64,000 nucleotides of DNA, taken from contig CAVPLT010000007.1 of NCBI GenBank assembly GCA_963706325.1, positions 288,001 through 352,000 on the forward strand, given 5' to 3'. The position numbers were made by a program, and so were the translations under genes. The notes under the pieces were generated by a model. That model made no database searches. It saw only the letters and a program-made list of their open reading frames with translations, and was not told the origin of the DNA. Positions 1 to 10,140 of the stretch are shown piece after piece. Each line of letters opens with the position of its first letter. Positions within the stretch are counted from its first letter, which is position 1. The DNA is from an uncultured Nitrospiraceae bacterium (GTDB lineage: Bacteria > Nitrospirota > Nitrospiria > Nitrospirales > Nitrospiraceae).

Positions 1-300
1 GATGCGTCTCCATTCCTCCACGTGTCTATCCTTTCGCTTGTACCCATCTGACAGGGTTATACATACCCTCGCCAGCTTTGTTCAGACGCTCAGCCTGCTG
101 ATCAACGGCAGCGTCGCCTCTTCGCTCGCACGGAATGTTCCGTCGCCGTTCTGCCCGTCGTCTCCGCTTCACGTGGTGGTTGGTTCGAAACCCTCTTGCT
201 TCCGACAGGGGGCTTGCTGAGCGTTGATGTGTGTGGCTTGCGTGGCGTGCCTTTCGTTCCGCGGTTTCCGGTGCGAGATGTTCGGCTCTGGACCAAGGTC

Positions 301-546
301 TCACTGGTCGGCCTTGTCATAGCGCTGGTCGAGGTGGGCAAGAATCTCGTGGGTTTCCGTCAGGATGGTATCGCCATCTTTCAGGACCGGTACATAGTAC
401 TGCCCCGACACTTCATAGACCTGGGCACGCATCGGGCGAAAGTCCGGTACCACGATGTCGTCATAGGGGATGTTCAGTTCGCTGAGACGATCCCGAACTA
501 CCGCGCAGTCTGGACACCATTGGACATGATAGAGCGTCAGTGCCAT
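301..546 (-). CDS. Glutaredoxin-family (GST N-terminal-like) protein
   Basis: 81 aa; LYHVQWCPDC CxxC site and VPVL cis-Pro motif. Confidence 0.85.
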   Translation of the reverse strand: MALTLYHVQWCPDCAVVRDRLSELNIPYDDIVVPDFRPMRAQVYEVSGQYYVPVLKDGDTILTETHEILAHLDQRYDKADQ

Positions 547-610
547 GAATACCTAAACGAAATTGGTTGAATGGTCATGCGTGCCGGTGCGGGTGATGTT
601 CCTGCGGTCA

Positions 611-2134
611 TCAGAGCACCCTCGGAGGAACAGTCGGCTCCATCGCGCAGGGCGCCATGATGGCGTCGACCATGCCGTGAATAACTTTTTTGTCGGGAGG
701 ACAGAGGGTGGCGAGGATTCCTCCGAGTTCTGCCTTGTCGCCGACGACAAAATAATAAGGAGACAAACGAGCACGTCCAGACATCGGCACCACCCTATCG
801 GTTCGCTCGTCGAGATAGGCGGACTCGAAGAGACGCCCTTTGTGAAACTCCTGCAAAATATAGGGGGTGGTCGAAAAGGCTTGGAGCGCCTGCTCCAGCG
901 CCGTAGCCCACTCGACCTGCGGCAGATCATGGCCGATCGACACCCCTCGGCTACCCCAAGCCAGTTCAGAGAATCCCGACGGCTTGAGCACGAGTTGGCG
1001 CTCTTTTTGGCTGGATTGTGCCAGACGGCGAAAATCGGATAGGGCCCGGCCGCCCACCGTCAGCCCCGGGATGATAGCTGTAGGGGGCACGGGTCGTGGG
1101 TCAAGAATCCAGGTCCGTGGCAACAGCCGTTCCAAATGTTCACGGGTCGCGATGGTCAGAGTCTGCTGCCAGAAGGGCGTAAGTTCCGGATGATGAAACA
1201 AGGCGAAGGCCAGCTTCTCTTCAAGTGCGGGCTTATAGGGCGGCGTAACGGTGACATGGCCTTTTTTGGCCGCATACATCATCAGCTCGGCCTTTGGAAT
1301 GTTTTTCAAATCGAACAGTTCAAAGAATCGATAGAGCAAGCCGATGCGCCGCGGTCCGTCTGGTTCGTGAAGATAGAGGCCTTCTTCTGAAAAATGGATC
1401 GCTCGCGGTTCGACGCAAAAGGCCTGATAGCCGATCTCTCGCAACCGTTGAGCCATCCATTCCATTTCCGACCGGTATTCCTTAGCCTCGTCCGAGACGA
1501 CGATCGCGAGGCAGCCTGCTTGGTCGCCCTGCTGAGCCCGCACCATGGAGGCGAACCCCTGCAGCATGCCGTCACGGCCGGCAATCAGGGGAGAGCGCTC
1601 GGGTTGGGTGTGAGGTAGGGGATTGTCTCTGGCGATCTGGTTGTCATAGGCTCGGGTCAAGCACCCCGTCAGGCCGATTCCGCCCGGAACCGAATCAAGC
1701 TCCGTGATGACCATGCCGTCGGCGGTAGGAATGACATCCGGTCGAATGATGCCGGGAATGAGATTTCGGAAGCGATTCATTCGGCTATACGTGACGAGCG
1801 ACTCCGGCTTGCCTTGGTCGAGATAGGCGGAGACCCATGCGGGTTGAACTCCGCGTATGCTCTCTTGATAGAGGCGGTTCAAGGCTCGATAGAAAGCCAG
1901 GAGATCTTGTCCCAACTGTTGAAAGAACGCCACATCGGAAGGGGCAAGCCACAGGGGTGTTGGAGCCACACGAAAGCGAGGCGGTAGAACCGAGGAACTG
2001 CTCGGCCCAGTTGCACTTCCAGTCTCGGTGTAGCCGTAGACCCCGGCAAGAACTAGGTCATCACGGATTGCGAGACAACGTCGGCGGGCTTCGTCTGAGT
2101 TCAACGGTTCATGTAGATGTTGTGCCAGTGCCAA
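611..2134 (-). CDS. ATP-grasp / glutathionylspermidine-synthase-like amide ligase, uncharacterised
   Basis: 507 aa ORF with IRPD, ELDSVPGG, EEKL, VLKPSGFSELAWGSRGV and YILQEF motifs, as in the ATP-grasp catalytic elements; start uncertain. Confidence 0.65.
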   Translation of the reverse strand: MALAQHLHEPLNSDEARRRCLAIRDDLVLAGVYGYTETGSATGPSSSSVLPPRFRVAPTPLWLAPSDVAFFQQLGQDLLAFYRALNRLYQESIRGVQPAWVSAYLDQGKPESLVTYSRMNRFRNLIPGIIRPDVIPTADGMVITELDSVPGGIGLTGCLTRAYDNQIARDNPLPHTQPERSPLIAGRDGMLQGFASMVRAQQGDQAGCLAIVVSDEAKEYRSEMEWMAQRLREIGYQAFCVEPRAIHFSEEGLYLHEPDGPRRIGLLYRFFELFDLKNIPKAELMMYAAKKGHVTVTPPYKPALEEKLAFALFHHPELTPFWQQTLTIATREHLERLLPRTWILDPRPVPPTAIIPGLTVGGRALSDFRRLAQSSQKERQLVLKPSGFSELAWGSRGVSIGHDLPQVEWATALEQALQAFSTTPYILQEFHKGRLFESAYLDERTDRVVPMSGRARLSPYYFVVGDKAELGGILATLCPPDKKVIHGMVDAIMAPCAMEPTVPPRVL

Positions 2135-2407
2135 TGCAATATCCTCGATGCTCGCAACGCAATCGCCTGCATCGCACGCGCGGATTGGATTCGAGGTGGA
2201 ACAAATCGTACCATGGGCTCTTGCGCTGGTACAAGTCAGCGCGCCGGCAGAGCTGGGTCAGGCTGCTCACGATCGACAGTAGCTCGGACGACCGAAGGAA
2301 CCGCTTCGAACAGTAGGAGCTAATACGGGTTAGTGCTACAATGCGGCCACGTCTCATGACGAGACGAGCATAGTCGCTCCGGTCTCCCTGACGAGTTGCT
2401 CGCGCCC

Positions 2408-3862
2408 ATGACTGGCTCTCCTTTACAAATCGTTCCCAGTGCGACCTGTCTGCACTGCGAGGTTTGTTGTCGGTTCCCTGAGCGGGACAGTTTTTTGCGG
2501 CCGTTCTTCACGGCGGAGGAAATTGAGTCTGCGATTAAAGCGGGTATTTCATCTGTCCACTTTCCGAATCCCGCCGGGACACAAGTGGATCTTGTGCCCA
2601 ATCCGGTGGATGAAGGTTACATCTGCCCCGCGTTCGACCCCGCCACCTCCCATTGTCGAATCTATAACGTGCGTCCCTTGGACTGTCGACTGTATCCGTT
2701 TGCATTGATGTGGGATGACATGCACAAGCAGGTCTTGCTCGGGTGGGATACGAAGTGCCCCTACATGCGCGACCTGTCCTCGTCGATCATCAATCAAGCG
2801 GCGTATGAGGTGGCGCAGTGGATAGAGCAGGACACAACGGTTGCGACCCTCGCCCGCTATCCACGGCTGATTGGAAAATTTCAGGACGATGTAATCGTGG
2901 TACGTCCTCTCAAACGAGTGACGGAGCAGGTGCGGCAGGGCGGCGTCGCGGTAGCTCTGCAGCCCCTGACCATCCAGGACCGAAGCCGTTTTGAAACGGC
3001 ACTGGCGCTCAGTGTCGACTATCATGCCATGCCCTTGGCTGCGGCATCATTTGCCTACCATTACATCTGGCGGCAGGTCTTGAATTATTCATGGGCCGTC
3101 TTGGGCGACGGCCTCTGTCTGTTTGCCGAAAGTTCTGATGGCGTCTTCATGGCCTTGCCTCCTCTCGGCATCGGCCCGCTTGCGCCGCGGCTCGATGCCG
3201 CCTTTCGATACATGCGCGAACGGAATGGTGACTCGTCAGTGACGCGAGTAGAAAATGTGTCGGAGGCCTGCGCTAACGAGGTCCGGATGTTGGGGTATAG
3301 GGTGATCGCCAAAGATCCCGACTACCTCTATGCCGCAGATGATATGGCTGATCTTACGGGTGAACCTTACAAATCTCACCGCGCAGCCTGCAATCGATTC
3401 GTGCGAGAGCGGGGTGGAGTATTGGAACCCTACGACCCACGCGATCGAACCGACTGCCTGAGTCTGTTTCACGAATGGAGTGTGCAGAAAGAGGCAGCGG
3501 GTCTCGATGCCTGGGGGGGTGCGCTATTGCAAGATGCGGCCGGCGCGCACGAGACGGCTCTGAGCTCGGCATTGGAGCTGGGCCTCACGGGTGCCGTGGT
3601 TCGAGTCGATGGCCGCATTCGGGCCTATACGATAGGGCTGTGGTTGAACCCGATCGTGTTTTGCATCTTGCTGGAAGTGGCCGACCGAAATATTTTAGGC
3701 CTCGCGCCGTTTATTTTTCGCGAATTCTGTCGCCAAGCCCGGGCTAACGGGGCATGTTGGATCAATACGATGGATGATTCAGGGTTGCCCGGCCTCGCGC
3801 GATCAAAACACTGGTATCATCCTGCGCGGTTATTGCCGAATTATATCGTGATGGAGTCCTGA
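2408..3862 (+). CDS. YkgJ (CxxCxxCC) cysteine-cluster domain fused to a DUF2156 / aminoacyl-phosphatidylglycerol-synthase-like GNAT domain
   Basis: N-terminus CLHCEVCC..C..CRIYNVRPLDCRLYPF..CP; C-terminus DYLY..L..L.G..Y..HR..CNRF and INTMDDSGLPGL..SK..YHP. Confidence 0.8.
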   Translation: MTGSPLQIVPSATCLHCEVCCRFPERDSFLRPFFTAEEIESAIKAGISSVHFPNPAGTQVDLVPNPVDEGYICPAFDPATSHCRIYNVRPLDCRLYPFALMWDDMHKQVLLGWDTKCPYMRDLSSSIINQAAYEVAQWIEQDTTVATLARYPRLIGKFQDDVIVVRPLKRVTEQVRQGGVAVALQPLTIQDRSRFETALALSVDYHAMPLAAASFAYHYIWRQVLNYSWAVLGDGLCLFAESSDGVFMALPPLGIGPLAPRLDAAFRYMRERNGDSSVTRVENVSEACANEVRMLGYRVIAKDPDYLYAADDMADLTGEPYKSHRAACNRFVRERGGVLEPYDPRDRTDCLSLFHEWSVQKEAAGLDAWGGALLQDAAGAHETALSSALELGLTGAVVRVDGRIRAYTIGLWLNPIVFCILLEVADRNILGLAPFIFREFCRQARANGACWINTMDDSGLPGLARSKHWYHPARLLPNYIVMES

Positions 3863-3864
3863 CT

Positions 3865-6800
3865 ATGTCCGTTTCGTCCGCTGCTTCATCCCGACGTTCC
3901 TACCCCTGGTTGCCCGTGCTGATCGTCGGCATGACGATCGTGGCCTTTGTCCTCGGTGTCGTGATGCTGCGGTCGATCGAAGTGCGAATGGTCGAAGCGA
4001 CGGGAGAAAACCTCACGCTCGCAGCGGCAGAAATCGCGGACAAGCTTGATCGATTGATGTTCGAGCGGCATGGCGACGTGCGCATGATTGCGCGCGCATT
4101 TTCGGGGCGCCCCACCGACAGGAAGTATCTGAATGAGTATTTACAATCGATGAAGGACAACTATGCGCCGGTCTATCGTTGGCTGGGTGTGGCGGATGCC
4201 CAGGGCCAGATGATCGCAGCCACGGATCCGAGCATCATCGGCCAGGACTCTGCCAGAAGTGGGTGGTTTGGAGGGGTGAGGCAGACGGGAACCGTGAGGG
4301 TCGATGAGGTCGAAGCCCATGAATCCAACCGCAAGATCGAGTCGGTCGCCTTTACGGCTCCCATCGCGGGTCCGAAAGGCGAGTTTCTCGGTGCCGTCAC
4401 GACTCGCGTGGGTTTGCCCATGCTCGAAGACGTGCTTCTGGAAACGGTGCGCGAGATTCAGCGTACGGAGGGAGCCGTCGGGTCTTTCGAGTATCAGTTT
4501 TTGACCAAGGAGGGCGTGATTTTTGTCGATTCGTCCGCTCCGAATACGGGTCAGATCAATTTGAAGCAGGCCGGCCTGCCGTCGGCGGTGCGCAGCGAGT
4601 CGGGCAAGGCCGGGTATATCGAGGAAGAGCACGCGCGACGCCACGTCCCTGTCGTGACAGGGTATGCTCAAACTCACGGGTACGGCGAATATTCCGGCTT
4701 GCAGTGGACCATTCTCTTGCGGATGGATCGTGACGTGATCTTGCTGCCGATCCGGGCGATGATGTGGAAGTTAGGGATTGCCGGCGTGGTTGTCTGGCTT
4801 CCCATGATGGGATTGCTGCTGTGGGCGACGGGACGATTACGCGATCAGCATCGACAGGCTCAGCAAGAGAGCGAGTGGGCACGGGCGGCAGAGGCCGCCC
4901 TGCTGCAGAGCCAGGAGCGCAACCGCGTCATCGTCGATACGGCATTGGACGCCGTGATTTCTATGGATGCCGCCGGGATCATCACGGATTGGAATGCGCA
5001 GGCGGTTAATATTTTCGGATGGCAGCGGGAAGAAGCGCTTGGTCGACGCGTCTCGGAGACGGTGATTCCACCTCGCGCTCGTGAGGCACATGAGCGTGGG
5101 CTGCAGCATTTCTTGGACACCGGCGAAGGGGCCATTCTCAACCGGCGGATCGAGATGCTGGGCGGTCATCGAGACGGCCACGAATTTCCCGTCGAAATCA
5201 CCATTTCTCCGGCCAGACTCGGCGACGCCTATATTTTCAGCGCCTTCATTCGGGATATCACCGCACGGAAACGTACGGAGCGGCAGTTATCCTCGCAGTA
5301 TGCCGTGACGCGCGTATTAGCGGAGTCGCGCACGTTGGAAGAAGCCGGGCCGAAGATCCTTCAGGCCATCTGTGAAAGTTTAGAATGGGAGTTGGGAGTG
5401 TTTTGGCGGCTTGACCGGCAGGGCAGCGTCCTGCGTTGCCTGGATGTGTGGCAATCACCGGGCCTCAATGCCGAAGAGTTTGTCCTCTCCACTTGGCAGC
5501 ATATGTTTTCGATCGGCAAGGGCCTCCCCGGACGGATTTGGCAAGCCGGCCAACCGACCTGGATTATCGACGTGGTGCAGGAGGCAAACTTTCCGCGTGG
5601 CGGCGCCGCTGCGAAGGTGGGATTGCACGGGGCGTTCGGGTTCCCCATTCGAGTCGGCACCGAAGTCGAAGGCGTGATTGAATTGTTCCGGCGTGAGATC
5701 AAAGAACCGGATGAGCAGTTGCTCAAAATGGTTGCCGATGTCGGACTCAAGATTGGACAATTCGGCGAGCGCGCGCGCGCGGAGGATGCCCTTCGGCGAA
5801 CTGAAGCGCAGCTGCAGCAGTCGCAGAAGATGGAAGCCGTCGGACGATTGGCCGGTGGGGTGGCCCACGATTTCAATAACATGTTGACCGTCATTCGTGG
5901 CTACAGCGAACTCGTATTGAGCCGTTTGAGTCCGACCGATGGCTTTCGGAAGGAACTGGAAGAGGTCAAGAAGGCGGCGGATCGCGCGTCCGGCCTCACG
6001 GGGCAATTGCTGGCCTTTAGCCGCCGGCAGTTCATCGCGCCTAAGGTGCTGGATCTGAATGCCGTCATCCAGAATATGGTGGGTATGCTTCGGCGTCTGC
6101 TCGGGGAAGATATTATCGAGCTGTGTACGGTCTTGGACCCGAATTTGGGACAGTTGAAGGCTGATCCTGGCCAGATCGAGCAAGTGATTATGAATCTGGC
6201 TGTGAACTCCCGTGATGCCATGCCGAGCGGCGGTCGGCTGACAGTGGAGACCAGCAACGTGCAATTTGGGCAACGGCGAAACCGCGCGCCGATGGGGGCC
6301 GAACCTGGGGCATACATTGCGCTGATTGTGCGTGATACAGGTCACGGCATGGATGAAGACACGCAGTCGCACGTCTTTGAGCCGTTTTTTACCACCAAGG
6401 AAAAAGGCAAGGGCACGGGGCTTGGGCTTTCAACGGTCTATGGGATCGTCAAGCAAAGCGGCGGATGTATTGAAGTCGAGAGTAAACCAGGACGCGGCGC
6501 CACGTTCAAAATTTTCTTCCCACGAGTGGAGGGACTGAGCCAAAGCGCTGAAGCCCCCACCGTCGGCGCCGAGTCGGTCAAAGGCCGTGAGACCGTCTTG
6601 TTGGTGGAAGATGAGCCGGGCGTTCGCCGACTGGTGCATGAAACGCTCAGATTGCATGGGTATACGGTGCTGGAAGCGCGGCATGGAATTGAAGCGTTGC
6701 TCACCGGCGCTAAACACGCCGGCCCTATCCACTTGCTGCTCACCGATGTCGTGATGCCGCAGATGAGCGGCCCTGAAGTGGCCGAAAAGTTGGCCACGGT

Positions 6801-6963
6801 CCGGCCGGACGTGAAGGTGCTGTATATGTCCGGCTATCCGGATCATCCCGCCTTTTCCAAAGGCGGGATCGACACGGAGCACTCGTTCCTGCAGAAGCCT
6901 TTCACGCCCAGTACCCTCGCTCAAAAAGTTCGAGAAGTGCTCGATGGGTCGACCGTGGCGTAA
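3865..6963 (+). CDS. Hybrid sensor histidine kinase/response regulator (TM-Cache-TM-PAS-GAF-HisKA-HATPase-REC)
   Basis: H-box GGVAHDFNNMLT, N-box NLAVNSRDAM, G-boxes DTGHGM and GTGLGL, REC LLVEDE..TDVVMP..QKPF. Confidence 0.95.
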   Translation: MSVSSAASSRRSYPWLPVLIVGMTIVAFVLGVVMLRSIEVRMVEATGENLTLAAAEIADKLDRLMFERHGDVRMIARAFSGRPTDRKYLNEYLQSMKDNYAPVYRWLGVADAQGQMIAATDPSIIGQDSARSGWFGGVRQTGTVRVDEVEAHESNRKIESVAFTAPIAGPKGEFLGAVTTRVGLPMLEDVLLETVREIQRTEGAVGSFEYQFLTKEGVIFVDSSAPNTGQINLKQAGLPSAVRSESGKAGYIEEEHARRHVPVVTGYAQTHGYGEYSGLQWTILLRMDRDVILLPIRAMMWKLGIAGVVVWLPMMGLLLWATGRLRDQHRQAQQESEWARAAEAALLQSQERNRVIVDTALDAVISMDAAGIITDWNAQAVNIFGWQREEALGRRVSETVIPPRAREAHERGLQHFLDTGEGAILNRRIEMLGGHRDGHEFPVEITISPARLGDAYIFSAFIRDITARKRTERQLSSQYAVTRVLAESRTLEEAGPKILQAICESLEWELGVFWRLDRQGSVLRCLDVWQSPGLNAEEFVLSTWQHMFSIGKGLPGRIWQAGQPTWIIDVVQEANFPRGGAAAKVGLHGAFGFPIRVGTEVEGVIELFRREIKEPDEQLLKMVADVGLKIGQFGERARAEDALRRTEAQLQQSQKMEAVGRLAGGVAHDFNNMLTVIRGYSELVLSRLSPTDGFRKELEEVKKAADRASGLTGQLLAFSRRQFIAPKVLDLNAVIQNMVGMLRRLLGEDIIELCTVLDPNLGQLKADPGQIEQVIMNLAVNSRDAMPSGGRLTVETSNVQFGQRRNRAPMGAEPGAYIALIVRDTGHGMDEDTQSHVFEPFFTTKEKGKGTGLGLSTVYGIVKQSGGCIEVESKPGRGATFKIFFPRVEGLSQSAEAPTVGAESVKGRETVLLVEDEPGVRRLVHETLRLHGYTVLEARHGIEALLTGAKHAGPIHLLLTDVVMPQMSGPEVAEKLATVRPDVKVLYMSGYPDHPAFSKGGIDTEHSFLQKPFTPSTLAQKVREVLDGSTVA

Positions 6964-7083
6964 TGGATGAGTCGGCGGACAGTCGGGGCACTCCCGCCGC
7001 CGGAGAGCGGCTTGAACTTCCCGCTTATTTCCGTTTATCGTGGCGACCGTGCAGGACATGGCATGCAACGCAGGAGTATTGGC

Positions 7084-7923
7084 ATGAACGAGGCGCAAGG
7101 GGCGTCGGCTTTGAAAGGGCAGGAACTCGACATCGATCGCTATCGCATCGCGCGTGAGCCATTTTACGCCGAGGTCCGCGGCGAGGTGGGACTGTTCACG
7201 ATAGCGGCGCAAAGCCGTATGCCGGTGATGCTTAAAGGGCCGACGGGCTGCGGCAAAACGCGGTTCGTGCAGCACATGGCCCATCGCTTGGGCCGTCCGC
7301 TCATCACGGTCGCGTGCCATGAGGATCTCACGGCATCGGATCTCGTGGGGCGTTATTTGCTGAAGGGACAAGAGACACTGTGGATGGACGGGCCCCTCAC
7401 GCTTGGGGTCAAACATGGAGCCATCGTCTATTTGGACGAGATCGTGGAAGCGCGAAAGGACACCACGGTTATCATTCACCCGCTGAGCGATGACCGGCGG
7501 CTTTTGCCGATTGAAAAAAAAGGCCAGGTGATTGAAGCCGTCGACGATTTCATGCTGGTCATTTCATACAACCCTGGCTACCAAAGCATTCTCAAGGATC
7601 TCAAGCAGAGCACGAAGCAACGGTTTATGGCGATCGAGTTCGACTATCCGGTCCCGGCTATCGAGAGCCGGGTGGTGGCCCATGAAGCCGGGGTGAGCGC
7701 GGAGCTCGCGCAGCGGCTTGTGAAGGTTGCGGAGAAAGTCAGGAACCTTAAGAACCACGGCCTGGAAGAAGGCGTGAGCACCAGATTGTTGATCTATGCG
7801 GCCACATTGATCAAACAGGGGGTGCCCGCCGATCGAGCTTGTGAAGTCGCCATCGCCCGTCCCATTACTGACGACCCGGATATGCTGCGCAGTATCATCG
7901 AAGTAGTCAAAGCGATCTTCTAG
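7084..7923 (+). CDS. CbbQ/NirQ/NorQ-family (MoxR-type) AAA+ ATPase
   Basis: Walker A GPTGCGKT, Walker [45 protein letters not shown] before ATG 7084. Confidence 0.92.
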   Translation: MNEAQGASALKGQELDIDRYRIAREPFYAEVRGEVGLFTIAAQSRMPVMLKGPTGCGKTRFVQHMAHRLGRPLITVACHEDLTASDLVGRYLLKGQETLWMDGPLTLGVKHGAIVYLDEIVEARKDTTVIIHPLSDDRRLLPIEKKGQVIEAVDDFMLVISYNPGYQSILKDLKQSTKQRFMAIEFDYPVPAIESRVVAHEAGVSAELAQRLVKVAEKVRNLKNHGLEEGVSTRLLIYAATLIKQGVPADRACEVAIARPITDDPDMLRSIIEVVKAIF

Positions 7924-7969
7924 CACCCCTCCGGTTCATGACAGGCTCCAAATCTATGCTGAGCGCCAG

Positions 7970-8287
7970 GTGGCGATAGAGAGGCAAATCATTCGCGCCA
8001 TGCTTGGGGGAGTCGCGATTTCGGTCCATGTTCAACCTCGTGCCTCTCGCACCGAAGCCGCCGGCATCCATGGTGATGCTCTGAAAATCCGCGTGGCTGC
8101 GCCGCCGGCCGACGGGGCGGCGAATGATGAATTGTGCCGCTTCATCGCCCGCCAGTGCGACGTCTCGCTCAGCGCGGTAGAGATTCTCAGTGGGGCAGGT
8201 GCGCGGCAAAAACGCGTGTTGGTGAAGGGGCGGTCTGTCGAGCAGGTGCGTGAGCGATTTCAACTCGAAGCCGACGGCCCTCGATGA
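7970..8287 (+). CDS. DUF167 (YggU/UPF0235) family protein
   Basis: VHVQPRASR..LKIRVAAPPADGAAN..L..F..V.I.SG...R.K.V.V signature; start uncertain. Confidence 0.85.
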   Translation: MAIERQIIRAMLGGVAISVHVQPRASRTEAAGIHGDALKIRVAAPPADGAANDELCRFIARQCDVSLSAVEILSGAGARQKRVLVKGRSVEQVRERFQLEADGPR

Positions 8288-8853
8288 GGAGGTCATCTTT
8301 GAATAACGCACCGCGGGCAGAAGAAAACGCGCCAGGTGGCCGCATGACCATCGGCGCGGGGGGAGAATGTGACGTTTCAGCATCTCCTCTACTTGAGGCC
8401 CGGCCAAAGGGCGCAGAGATAAAGTCCTCTTCAGCGTACCTTATCATGGTCCTTCTTGCAGCGAGCAGTCTTATGGCTTGCGCAGGACCCGAACCAGTTT
8501 TTAGATCTAATCTCCAACTGCAACTGTATGGCAAGGATACGGCTGAGCGCGAAGCGGCGGTGTGTGGGCTGAAAGCCGAGCGTGCCGGCTTACACCATGG
8601 CACCAATCGAAGCGGGAATGCGGGCGCGGGCATTGCGCTGGGGGTGATCGGTGGGGCGGCGGTGGGGGCATCCACAGGATTGATCGGTGGCCCGACTGGG
8701 GTGGCCATCGGGGCGGCGGCGGGAGGAGCCGTGGGTGCGGTGCTAGGTCTTCTTGCAGGCACCTATAAGCCACTGGAGCCGCAGCAGGAGTATGCGGCCT
8801 TCGTGGAACGTTGCCTGAAGGAGAAGGGGTACGAAACCGCCGGCTGGCAATGA
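8284..8853 (+). CDS. Glycine-zipper lipoprotein
   Basis: Lipobox-like LMAC, GxxxG glycine zipper, CLKEKGY end; true start probably downstream of 8284. Confidence 0.75.
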   Translation: MRRSSLNNAPRAEENAPGGRMTIGAGGECDVSASPLLEARPKGAEIKSSSAYLIMVLLAASSLMACAGPEPVFRSNLQLQLYGKDTAEREAAVCGLKAERAGLHHGTNRSGNAGAGIALGVIGGAAVGASTGLIGGPTGVAIGAAAGGAVGAVLGLLAGTYKPLEPQQEYAAFVERCLKEKGYETAGWQ

Positions 8854-8892
8854 CGAAGCCTGTGCGTGACTCAGGGGCGCGGGCTGAACTGC

Positions 8893-10140
8893 TTAAAACG
8901 TAAAACAGCCTGAGTAGTTGGCCAGCAGACATTGAACGCGGATCGAGATGCGTTCCAACCGGTCCAATTGTTGCGGTGTCGGCACAGAGCCGTCGACCGC
9001 CCGCAGCCATTCGGCGTCCTTCCTCAGTTTATAGAGCGACCATCTTGAAGTGCCTGGGATCAGCGTATCCTCGCGCGACGCCTGGTCGATAATTCTTCGA
9101 AACGAAGCCACTTCATCCGCAAACTCCACCCGCTGTGCGTTGAAGGTGTAGGGTGTCTCGTCCTGATCGATGAGGGTAATGAGGCGGCTGAGCCATTCGA
9201 CCGTGGCGGCCATGCGTTCGTAGTGCAAGGTGCTGGTGACATCCCCTGCGGTGTGGTAGCGGGGTGTGCGCCCGGCAGAGAGAAAGAGAAACGGCAGCCC
9301 ATGATTGCGAAAAACGTCATAGTCACTGAAGGCTTTATGGCCGCGATCAGGAATTTCTTCGACGAGGTGAATGCCGACAGGGATGACCCTGAGGGATGAC
9401 GCGACAGTGTCTTTGAGGCGTTGATACAGCTCGGGGCTTTTCTCCGCGCCGGTGGCAAAAATCGCATCCTTCAGCGGTGTCCACTGGACGCCGCCCATGA
9501 GGTCCATGATGATCGCCGCCTGAATATTGTCCGCGCGGCCGATTTCAACCGGGAGGTGATGAAAGAAAAACTGCGACCCCATTTCAGCCGTCCCGAAGTA
9601 AGGGGATTCTTCGCTGTTGAAAGCGACAAAGATGATTCCATGGTGCGACGGGTCCTCCACGTGCCGCGCGGTTTCGAGAAGGATGGCGAGGGAGGATGCG
9701 TTGTCGTCCGCTCCGAGAAAGGGGTAGCCAAGATGGTCATAATGCGCGCCGATCACCAGCCATCGCGCCGAGCCAGTGTCGGCAGTCGGCGGGATGAAGC
9801 CGATGAGGTTGTCGCCGATCTGGGGTGCGATCGGTTGTCGATAGCCGCCAAGAGATGGCAGTGGCTGGAGTCCGACCGCTCGAAATTGGTCTTCAAGGTA
9901 CTGGGCAGCTTGGCGGTTGCCCGGCGAGCCAGGCTGACGGCCGGTTTGCTCGGCGCCTGCCAGGAATGCCACATGACTGTGCAGTCGCTGGGCGGAGACC
10001 GAGTCGACGGGTAAGTTCCGCGGATCGATGGGCTCCATCGTGTGAAGGCAGCCGGTCGCGTTGAGGCAGACCAGAAGGGAAAGGGTTAAGAGAAACACCG
10101 CGAACCGGCTGGTTTGATGAGGCCGTGCAGGGGCATTCAC
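8893..10140 (-). CDS. M28-family metallopeptidase, probable lipoprotein
   Basis: GAHYDHLG, GADDNASS, FNSEE, MDLMG, SDY and YHTAGD motifs; hydrophobic leader ending in ATGC. Confidence 0.9.
   Translation of the reverse strand: MNAPARPHQTSRFAVFLLTLSLLVCLNATGCLHTMEPIDPRNLPVDSVSAQRLHSHVAFLAGAEQTGRQPGSPGNRQAAQYLEDQFRAVGLQPLPSLGGYRQPIAPQIGDNLIGFIPPTADTGSARWLVIGAHYDHLGYPFLGADDNASSLAILLETARHVEDPSHHGIIFVAFNSEESPYFGTAEMGSQFFFHHLPVEIGRADNIQAAIIMDLMGGVQWTPLKDAIFATGAEKSPELYQRLKDTVASSLRVIPVGIHLVEEIPDRGHKAFSDYDVFRNHGLPFLFLSAGRTPRYHTAGDVTSTLHYERMAATVEWLSRLITLIDQDETPYTFNAQRVEFADEVASFRRIIDQASREDTLIPGTSRWSLYKLRKDAEWLRAVDGSVPTPQQLDRLERISIRVQCLLANYSGCFTF

Noticed and set aside
5455..7479. Long antisense ORFs (305 and 349 aa), and similar ones opposite fliC, ABC-F, the oxidase and the sigma factor
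   Set aside because: Shadow ORFs of well-supported GC-rich genes, with no motifs of their own
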